In this document: one piece after another, positions 53,300-64,000 of the stretch | How the letters are laid out: each line of letters opens with the position of its first letter | How positions within the stretch are numbered: the stretch's first letter is position 1 | Translations under genes and position numbers: made by a program | The notes under the pieces: model-generated | The model's input: only the letters and a program-made list of their open reading frames with translations | Told to the model about the DNA's origin: nothing | Databases searched by the model: none | From: Nageia nagi | Lineage: Eukaryota > Plantae > Pinophyta | Direction of reading: 5' to 3' | Length of the DNA stretch: 64,000 bases | Assembly: GCA_050084985.1 (NCBI GenBank) | Contig: JBITNC010000001.1 | Coordinates: forward strand, 98,332,001 to 98,396,000

Positions 53300-55460
53300 A
53301 TCATCAATTTACAAAGTAGCACCACATATCAAGGTTGTGGTCTAGCGAGACATGATGTTCATGCTTGGTTAAGTAGGCCCTGCTTAGAGTAGTTAAGAAT
53401 GGGTGACCTACCAGGATGTATGCTATCTTTGAAGTGCAACATATTTGAATACCATGAGCTCACAAACTGGTATAGTTGGGTTGCACAAGAGCCAATGCTA
53501 GCCCTTGATGATGTGAAATAGAAAGTAGGCATCTTATCATAAAAGCTTGGGTTCATATAAGCCAATGAGTAGTCATTGGTATGGTGGGGTGGTTCGAGTG
53601 GCCAACACTAGCCCATTGGTTTTGATTTTTGTTGTGATTTCCTACCATAAATTTTGGCTAATGTTCATGGTCAAAATGTTCTCTTAGTTTATTTTTTCAT
53701 TTAAGGCACCTACCAAAAAATATTGGATGATGTCAATGCAAGCATGAGCCCTTGTACATGGTTATAATTCAGATTCCTACAATAGAAAATGGATCATGTA
53801 GGGGCTAAAATTAACCCTTAGTTATGGTTACAATTTAAGGCACCCCACCATAAAATTACGAATTGTGGAGACCTAAGAAACCTTGATCCATAAGCTTGAC
53901 CTCAAATTTTATTTTCCCATGGATAATATGCAATAAATTTTGTATAATTGGTAGGTGTTTATGATGTTGTAGGTTTATGAGTACCTTGAAGAGGCCTTCA
54001 AAGGTCTTATTGACTTGGTATGTGCCCATGTTATTTGGGGTTGGTGATGATAAGTGTGTAGAGGATTAAATGAGTTGGAGTATGATCATAGTAAGATAAA
54101 ATCCATTAAGTTTAAATCATTCCTATGTGCCAGTTGTGGTTGAATATTCTTTGATTGTTAATAAATATATCTTTTAGGAGGTGTATATGAATGGAATTAT
54201 ACCTATGTAGTAAGTTAGATCAAAAGGATGGAAAAATAAGCAAATGAATTTTGAATAAGCAATAAACCAGGTTGTCAAGAGCCCAATGGTACAACAAACT
54301 TTGAGCATATTTTCTATGAGGGATTCCTTGAGGAATATTTAGATTGAGTGATAATGAGTTAAAGATAAGTGATGCTTATGTTATAAGTATAATATAGAAA
54401 TTGATAACCCAATTGTTCTAAAAATATTTGTATTGATGAGTCAGGTAATTTGGCTTGAGGCAGTGTTAGACCTTAGGACCTTTGATGATAGTAGTAATAT
54501 CAACTAAAAAGTGAAGTCATGTGAGATACATTACCCTTATTAGGAGTTTAAGTGGGGGAGTAAATTCTTAGTAGAGTGGTTTATGTAGTAGGATTTTATT
54601 ATGTGTATTCAGTTTCAATTAGTAAGACCTATTGATATTGTATGGCACAACCTTGATAAGGTATATCATAGTCACCTATCTTAAATGGTTTGGTAACCTT
54701 TTTATGTTGATAGGGGCTATTGTAAATGAATGATTTAGGAAGTGGAAATAGTTAAACTACTACTCAGAGAACTCCCAAGGATTTTGGTATGCCTCTTATT
54801 CTTGAATTCCTCCTCAATACTAAATGATGGAAATTGAGGGAATTTGATCTAGCTTTATAGTATATATGGGTTATGGATAGGGGAGTTAGGAGAAGTGAGG
54901 TGTGAAGATACATACATGGAAATTCTCAAGTTACATTCTCACATCCATGCATTTGTTGAATGTTTAATGGTAGCTTTAATTTTATGTTTATCTAACTTAC
55001 TACTCAAAACTAACTAAAGGCTACATTTTATGAGACATAAATATCTTACTACTTTTAATGCACCCTCATGACGACATGGGATGGGGCATGTGAATTAATT
55101 AATATAAAATGGACCTTATCCTAATAAAATAAACCAACGAACTAAAACATAATAAAACTAGCTAATTATAATGAATTTACTTATGGTATTAGTTCATTAG
55201 TGGGATTTTGGGGATGAAGAGTAAAGTGCTAGTCGTAGTGTGTATTACTTTGACCCAAACCTTTGAGCTAATGGATGTTTAGGGTGATGTTTAAGTTTGT
55301 AAGATAAAAAATTATAAGATGGATAAAAATGACTCATTGTTGTGGTGGATAAAACCAAGGCATTTTGGAGTGTACTTTGAAGGGATAGTTAAGTGTTCCT
55401 CTTTGTTGTTGCTAATTGAGTCTATAAGAGGATGATGTCATATGTTTAGTATTTAGCATA
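53300..55460 (-). mobile_element. Highly decayed LINE-derived element: ORF1-like followed by RNase H-like (copy at ~61760-63950)
   Basis: Minus strand IKFPQFP...KILGSSL (DUF4283-like, ~54750-54860); VKL...YGGCL (~53830-53900) and ISQNFMVGN...WASVGH (~53590-53665) loosely fit plant L1 RNase H motifs. Confidence 0.35.
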
Positions 55461-57616
55461 TAAGGGCAAGTCCTTTGGGACAAAATGGTTATGGTTCTCA
55501 TATGTGGTTCAAGCTCCTATATCAAGTTAGTTAAGATCTATGCTTGATAAGGTTGTTGAGCTACCTAAGTTGAATTATGAGAAGTTTGATTGTGCTTATA
55601 CATGTGATGCTATGTAGACCAACACATGAGATGATAACACCTAAGGAATGAATATTATGGTTAGTAGTGGGTATATAAATGCTATCATCACATATCCAAA
55701 TAGCCATTATTGGTTATATAATATGAACCATATTCTAATTGTGTGTTTGTTACTCTCAAGGTTCTCTTTAGCTATGCAATATTAACATTAAAAATTGAAT
55801 TCATCAGGTGATGTTACCATTATATTCCATACAAATCCAATTATGAGGTAGTGATGGATGCAACCTTCAAGATTGAAAATCCAAGAGGGTAGTGAAGACC
55901 CTTCTTTGGGTTCATTATCTCCTTTAAGAATTCTATATATCATATATGACTAGGTTTGTCTAATGTCAAGATACCACCCATTTCTAAAGTTGGGGAGAAT
56001 ATGAGAGGGTAACCTCTCATGGTGGTGCAAGTGGATAAAGCATAACCTCTTGGTGCATGTAGACCATCACCATGGTACAAAATACCATACTAGAGGAACC
56101 ATGGTTGGCATAGGTTGCAAGAAACCATTTTGATGGTTGGACTAGATAGGAAAGTTAGTCAAAGTGCTCAGGGTGACTATAGTGGTGACTTCAATGTATG
56201 GTCTAAGGTTGAGGGTGAGATAGGTATCCTTTGGGACCCCATGGTGGTGCATGGTTATGTAAGCATAGTGTCTCAATAGACTAGGACCTTAGTGTCTTGA
56301 TAGGTTGGGTTATATCCTAAAGGGTATAATGCTTTAGGTAGACTGCAATTAAGGAATTGATGGTTAGGCATAGTATTAGTAGACTTTATTATCATGTCTA
56401 CAAGAGTGTCTATATTGCTTATGCCAATATCAGGAAGTACTCCAGTTTGAGCAAGGCCATGATGGGTGGCTCATGTTGGTATTATCATAAGAACTTTGAT
56501 AAATCTCATTCTTTTTAGGATATTAAATGATAAGCATGAAATTTACTTTATAATGTTATCATCATTGCATAGATTTATACATAAAATATATGATATTTTC
56601 ATCTTTAAATGGAAATATACATGCCTTGGTCATTAAACAAATCTTAGCATTTAAATACTTCAACCAAGAGAAGTTAATGATAAATTTTTTATCTTTATCT
56701 ATGCTAGGTCATAATACATCTTTTTGATTTATGTATAATTTGTTACTTAAATTAGTCATAATATTTTATTATTTTATAAACAATTGAAATATCATAAAGC
56801 ATTCAAAATTCAAAATTTTATTCATTACTATTATGTGAGAATGCTTCTTTTTGAGTTGGAAGGAAAAGGGTAAGTTAAAAATCCTATGAGGGATGTCCAA
56901 GTTTAAATATCTAAGCTTGTTGGATTAAAAATACAAGAATCCATAAAGTAATGGTGGTGTAGTACCCCTGCTCTTTGCTCCTTAAGTAAAAGTCATCTAT
57001 CCAAGTTTCTAACAAACTTGATGATCACATATTAAGTCTAGCCATAAAGGTTTAGCATTAGTGTGATAGGGATGATGAAAGATTTTTCATCTTCAAATTC
57101 ACCATGATGATATTGATAAACCTTATAAGGTATATTTAAGCTTTTATGTGACCTTTGTAATGTATATATAAAATATCCTTAGTATTTTAAGTATCTCCAT
57201 CAAGGTTATAAATGCCTGTTGTAGTGGTAGCAATGCTTTGAATTCATAGGCATCCCTACTAGGGCTATATACGTTTCAATAGTAGTAGTTGCAATATACA
57301 TTTTTAATAAGTAACAAGCATGCATATGGTTAAATATGTATGCAATACTAGAGTACTTCAAGAGGAATAATAGTTTGATAAATAAATTTGATGCATTGAA
57401 CCTAATTAGCATTTTTGACTATCTTGCACATTATTTTCATATTTTAAGTCATGATGAAATGGTTTTTTCTTTCTTAATAAAGTGATTGATGATTTATGAA
57501 ATTATATATTTTTAAGTTAATTTGATTATTCTAACTTGACTAAAGAAATTCATCCCTAGAAGGAGCTAGTGTTATCATCGAATTTTGAACTTTCAAAATT
57601 TGAATAAAAAGATACA

Positions 57617-59390
57617 CTTTTTCTTTTTTTAATCAATGGTAAATTTATATTAATAGTGGTTTTTTATATAGGACCAAAAATATATTTTACAAAATTTGAA
57701 AGATATTATCATTTCATAAATACCACATGAACTTTTTATACACTGCATTCCACATCCATAGGGTGGATTCATCCATCTATGGTAACCAAAGTATAGTTCT
57801 GTCTCATAATCAAAAATAAAATTTTGAGTTTAAATTGCCTATATCAAAGAATAACCTTTGTATAAGTCTTATCATATTTAGAAAATATTGCTAGATTTGA
57901 AAAAGTATTTTTACATCTCAAACTTATAAGGTAGTATCTTAGTGCAATATATACATCTTCAAATATTTCATACATTTCCTCCAAACATTTTCCATTCATG
58001 GTAGTCTTTTTTCCTTGGCTTTAAATAGTTGACCTTTTTGGTTCATTGCCATAGGATGGGGTAGCCTCTTTTATTTTCTCATTCTTACTTTTCCCATCAT
58101 TTAGGCCTTCCGTTCCTTAGGAAAAATTGATTTCCTCTCTATAAAATGAAATTGCCATCCAGAGAGTCCCTAGGATTGTTTTGAACATTATTAGAAGATA
58201 TATCATATATGTCCTTAGTCACCATTATAGGGGTATTAATATGAGGATCAACTAAAGGAATGTTATTTTTAGAGGCTAAAAATTGCATTTTCTTAGTTTT
58301 CTTAACTTGCTGAACATCCATCTCAGAATCTTACCCATTCTAATAGTCCACAAATATTCATGCATCTCCTTTTTGTTGGATAGATTCACATTCGAGTTTA
58401 ATTTATTGGATGGGATATTCTTTATTTTGTGACCTTCTTGTTGGATATCAAAGCAATAGAGTATGAAATTTACAAATTCAATTTTTTGGTTCCATTACCC
58501 TTTTAGAGAAGATAGAGTAATAAGTTTTTACTAAGGATCTTTTGAGTCCATCAAAATGACCAATCTGGCTTTACTCATGTTGCTTTGCTTATCAAATTTT
58601 CATTTGTAATTTTATCTATGTATTAATAAGATCCAAGAGTATTACCAATTTTAATGAAAAATTTCATCCCCCATAATTCAATTAGAAGGGCATACATATT
58701 TACCCAGAATAAATGTAAATCAATTTTTTCAAAGAAGGGATCAAAACCAAGAGACTACTCTCTCATATAAATCCTCCTTTGTACAAAAAACTAAAATAAT
58801 CCCACTGAAGATCATAGCACGTCTTTAGTGTAGGGTAATGTTGAATACCATAGATTCAGTATACCAACATATTTTGTATGTGAATAACCACCCATATCGT
58901 AATTTGTAAAGCATGAAGTCTCTAATAGTTTATTTAGAGAAATAGAGAGACTTAAATTTTAGTTTTGATATTTATTGACTATATTTTCCTTTCAATTTAT
59001 TCTATGCATTTATTCATGTATGAAAAATACATTCATTGTGTTTTCCAATAGAAAAACTAGTAAGCTTTTGAGGGTCCTTTCTTTATCTTTGCACATCATT
59101 TCATCATAAGTATTTCATATTTGGAATGCCATTATTTTTTCTTTCTAATAATATATTACACCCATACTTCTTATGATATCTTCCACCCTTTAACCATATT
59201 TTTTCACACATAGTCAACTCAGTCTATACAATTCCCTAATTAATACCTTCCTTCATTTCACTAAGAATTGTTAGAGATTTATCAATTGTTTAGAGTTGAT
59301 TCTTGAAGCATTTGAAAGTAAAAAATTTCCCATTTATAACACTTTTTATATCCTATGAAAAATTCAAAATTCACATAATATGCATTTCAC
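57617..59390 (-). mobile_element. LINE ORF1 remnant with A-rich 3' tail, lacking EN/RT
   Basis: Minus strand GFDPFFEKIDLHLFWVNMYALLIELWGMKFFIKIGNTLGSY (DUF4283-like) and QKIEFVNFILYCFDIQQEGHKIKEYP (zinc knuckle); T-run at 57617-57630. Confidence 0.75.
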
Positions 59391-59404
59391 CCTTTTTTCT
59401 TTAT

Positions 59405-62400
59405 TGAGGAAAACATATTCTGGAATAATTTTCCTATTGGGAGAATGCTTCAAGGCTACACCCTTTTTTCTTTATTAATTTAAGAAGCGATGGTTTTAAA
59501 TCAACTCATTTTAACCCTCTACATTGTGTTGGTTTTAACTAGCTTGTAAAGAAGCACCGCTAAAATTAAATGTGGCGATTATTAATTTTTGCATTATCTT
59601 CCTTTGGCATGGCTTATGGGGCAACTTCTAACCGCTACATTATATTTTTCAAGCAATAATTTAATAGTCTATATGATGGTAGTTATTAGTTGTTACTATA
59701 GAGGATCCACTTTTGGTGGCATATGTATAGATAATGATGGGATAACCATTATTAAAGTGCTTTGGGGGGTCTAAAATATTGGAAAACACCCTTTTTAGTC
59801 TAGATTCCATTTATAGAGGGATGGAATTGTTTGAAAAAATACCACATCATAATGAAATCTCATGGGATACAAGGTTACCAAGAAATGTATAAAACAAATG
59901 TATTGAAAAATAATTATAAATTATATAAAGGAACGCCAAAGGAAATGTAATAAGTACTTTTACAATAGTAACCTATAAGTCTATCTCGGAGATACTATAT
60001 ATGGATAGGTAAAAATTAAATCTAATGCAATAGGTGATTTAATGAATGACCTTCCCTTTTGAAGGGTATTATAGATAATGAAGGTTTCTAGGAGCTTAAG
60101 ACATGCTGTAAGGTGTAGAGTGTAATGTGTTTCTTCTTTTGCAGTAAATATGTGAAATGCCTACTTCAACTTTCTATCTTGATAGCATTGTATGGAAGTA
60201 TTATTCGCATTGATGTAGGGATTTCTATTTGGGTGAGAAGTGATGTGTTTGAATGACTACGCAAATGTAAACAACAAAGGGCCTTTCCCATTAAAGATAA
60301 AGGTGCATCCCTATGGCCTTAGAATCCTAGTATTAATTAAATAAAAATGCAAAAATAAAATGCCATCACCATATGCACAACTAATGACCTTACAACCATT
60401 TATTTCTACTTATTAATATAATTTCAACTGTAGAGGATGAATGCATCACAAAGAGGCTTTTGTAAGGATTTGAGATACAATAATATTGATTCCATTCCAA
60501 AAATATACCATCAAATATTTTAAGTAACAAACCAGATATAAAAATCTAGACAACAAGATTTGGAAACAAAATTTAGATAGATTAAATAAATTACCACACA
60601 TCGAATTCTAAATAGATAATAGGGATTCAAAAATTGGGCAAGAGAATTAGAAAAGGGCTTACTTGGTCCATATTGAGCAATTTCAATCAATAGAATGATT
60701 TATTTGACCCTATTGTACCCTTGCAATATAATTCTTTTGCTATTTATTCTTACAAAAACTAGATAAGGGTATGTCGATATTAATGCATGTGTATCCCATA
60801 TCTCCAATAAAATATGGATTATATTTTATGTTTAATGAATAAAAAATAAGGGGTGACCCATTATCCTTTCCAGGTTGGATTTCCAAGCATACTTGCCTAA
60901 ATATTTTCTCTAGAACATTCTTGACATTCTGATGCATAGGTGGTTTCGTGGTGAATAAGATTTGATGCAATTTAATTAGATGATTATAAACACTATATGA
61001 GATTTGTAAGTTTAATCATGCTCCTTTTGTTTATTCGACAATATGATATTCTCCCCTTAATTTCCATACATTTTCTTTTTTATTTTTATTTTTATCTTAA
61101 TATATATATATAAGTGTTTAATATAGTCATTATGCCTTTCATTATTTTTTTAACTTCCTTATGAGTAAATGTAAACGCAATGAAGAGCATTTATCATATC
61201 ATATAAAAATGTACATAGGTTGTTATAGTTTTAATATTTAAATGATATTATAAATGCCCTATAATGTCATGTAATACATGAGAAGTATGCCTAAGATATT
61301 TGTATATTTGATTCTTTGAGGATGAGTGATATGATTTCGATACAATGATGGTGTATTCTTAAAAATTCAATGATCAAATCAAACGAGGATATGCTAGTCA
61401 ATTTTAGCCCAAATACAAGTTGACTTATGCAACTATGACCATTTAATGCCATCATACATTGAGATAGGATGATGGAGTTTCTTTAACATCTAAGATGTAA
61501 TATAAATGATGCAAAGTTTTATAGTAGACAATGTGCAAGATATGTTAGATACATTATACCATCCATTGGCATGAAAACCTTATGTAGTCAAGAGATGTGA
61601 TAGTCCTCATCATACAAGGGTATCAATGGTCCATCAATACATCATAAAACATGAAATAAACATAAACAATACTAATATTGTGCAATATAGTATGAAGTAA
61701 AACTAAAATATCATGTCATCATAAGCTAACTACAAAAATATTACAACTCATTAACACATCAATCATCAATTTACAAAGTAAAACCACATCTCAAGGTTGT
61801 GGTCTAGCAAGCCATGATATTCATGCTTGGTTAAGCAGGTTTTGCTTAGAGTAGTTAAGAATGGGGGACCTACTAGGATGTATGCCATATTTGAAGTGCA
61901 ACATATTTTAATATCATGAGCTCACAAATTAGTACAGTTGGGTTGAATAAAAGCTCATGCTATCCCTTGATGATACGATTATCGATGTGAAATAGAAGTA
62001 GGCATCTTATCATAAAAGCTTGGGTTCGTATAAGCAAATGAGTAGTTGATGGTATGGTGGGTGGTTCGAGTGCCCAAAATTAGCCCTTTAATTTTGATTT
62101 TCATTCTTATATCCTACCATAAATTTTGGGTAATTTTCATGGTCAACATGTTCTCTTAGTTTATTTTATCATTTAAGGAACCTAGTAAAAAATATTGGAT
62201 GATGTCGATGCAAGCATGAGCCCTTGGACATGGTTATCATTCAGATGCCTACCATAGAAAATAGATTATGCAAGGGAAAAAATACACCCTTATTCATGGT
62301 TATCATTTAAGGCACCCCACCATAAAAGTATGAATCATGGAGACCTAAGAAACCTTGATCCATAAGCTTGATCTCAAATTTTATTTTCTTATGGATAATA

Positions 62401-63954
62401 TGCAGTAAATTTTATATACTCGATAGGTGTTTATGATGTTGTAGGTTTATGAGTACCTTGAAGAGGCATTCAAAGGTCTTATTGACTTGGCATGTGCCCA
62501 TGTTATTTGGGATTGGTGATGATAACTATGTAGAGGATCGAATGAGTTGGAGTATGCTCGTAGTAAGATAAAATCTATTAAGTTTAAATCATTCCTATGT
62601 ACCAGTCATGCTTGAATCTTGTTAAATTTTTAAATAAGTATATATTTTCATAAGTGGATATGAATGAAATTATACCTATGCAGTAAGTTATATCAAAAGG
62701 ATGGAAAAATAAGCAAATGAATTTTGATTAAGAAGTAAAATAGGTTGGCAAGAGCCCAATGGTACACCAAAGTTTGAGCATATTTTCTACACATTTTCTA
62801 TGAGGGATCCCTTGAGGAATATTTAGACTGAGTGATAATGAGTAAAAGATAAGTGATACTTATGTTATAAATGAAATATAGAAATTGATAACCCAATGGT
62901 TCTAAAAAGATATGTATTGATGAGTTAGGTAATTTGGCTTGAGGTAGTGTTAGACCTTAGGACCTTTGATGATAGCAGTTATCTCAACTCAAAAGTGTAC
63001 TCATGTAAGATACATTCCCCTTATCACAAGTTTCAATGGTAGAGTAGCTTCTTGGTATAGTGGTTTATGTAGTAGGCATTTATTACATGTATGCATCAGT
63101 TTCAATCTATAGGACCTTTCTATATTGTATGGAACAACCTTGATAAGGTACATTGTAATCACCTCTATTAAATGATTTGGTGACCTTTCTATGTTGGTAG
63201 GGGCTCTTGTAAATGAATTATTTAGGAAGTGGAAATAGTTAAACTACTTTTTGAATAACTCCCAAGTATTTTGGTATGCTTCTTATTCCTAAATTCATCT
63301 TTGATGCTAGATGATGGAAATTGAGGGAATTTGCTCTAGCTTTGTATGTCTAGGTTATGGATAGGGGAGTTAGGATAAGTGAGGTGTGAAGACACCTAAA
63401 TGGAAAGTGTCAAGTTACATTCCCACACCCTTTCATTTTTTGAATGTTGAATGGTAGCTTTACTTTTACTAAACTTTAATATGTATCTAACTTACTACTC
63501 AAAACTAACCAAAGGCTACATGCTATGGGACATAAATGCCTTATTACTTTTAATGCACCCTCATGACCACATGGGAAGGGGCATTTGGATTAATTAAGAT
63601 AAAATGGGCCTTATACTAAAAAAATAAACCAACCCACTAAAGCATAATAAAACTAGCTAATTATAATGAATTTACTTATTATGTGAGTTCACTAGTGGGA
63701 TTTTGGGTATGACGAGGAGAGTGTTGGTTGTAGTGTGTACTGCTTTGATCCAACCCTTTGAGATAATGGATGTTTAGGGTTATGTTTAAGTTTTTAGGAT
63801 CAAAATTTATTAGATGGATAAAAATGACTATGTTATGGTGGATAAAACTAGGGCAATCTGGAGTGTACTTCAAAAGGATAGTTAAGTGTTCCTCTTTGGT
63901 GTTGCTAATCGAGTCTACAAGAGGATGATGTCATACGTTTAGTATTTATCATAT
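59405..63954 (+). repeat. Duplication B, older copy of 50921-55461 (first 1.75 kb also matches 40880-42644)
   Basis: Collinear from TGAGGAAAAC to ...GTTTAGTATTTA.CATAT; visibly more diverged than duplication A; ORF-track twins 51102/59589 and 52335/60740. Confidence 0.95.
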
Positions 63955-64000
63955 GATACCAAAAGCTTTGCGACCTCATGGTTAGGATTATCATAAGTGG

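Noticed and set aside
63954-63961. TGATACCA, reverse complement of a tRNA-Met PBS start
   Set aside because: Only 8 nt at the window edge with no verifiable LTR.

Overview
AT-rich, CpG-depleted eukaryotic heterochromatin-like DNA with no intact protein-coding gene; almost all ORFs in the track are fragments or antisense shadows of decayed elements. The wording of the PPR motifs and the retroelement types point to a land plant, most likely a gymnosperm/conifer (inference). Contents in order: LTR pieces and a decayed L1-type LINE (0-7.6 kb); a mosaic of PLS-class PPR fragments interleaved with minus-strand splice signals and ending in a PPR-derived minisatellite (10.9-14.6 kb); LINE ORF1 and Ty3/gypsy pol remnants (16-18.5 kb); a ~7 kb intron-containing Helitron-like element with a DUF6570-like/HUH-Rep/Pif1 gene apparently inserted in the gypsy RNase H, with a 161-bp hairpin in its CTAG end (18.5-25.6 kb); a CACTA-type structure bounded by ~460-bp inverted repeats, flanked by PPR sequence and carrying nested LINE, LTR and palindromic elements (27.6-41.3 kb); and local segmental duplications (35.1-42.6 = 45.3-52.7 kb; 50.9-55.5 = 59.4-64.0 kb; 44.2-44.8 = 58.8-59.4 kb). 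All translations and alignments were done by eye; boundaries and identities are approximate.
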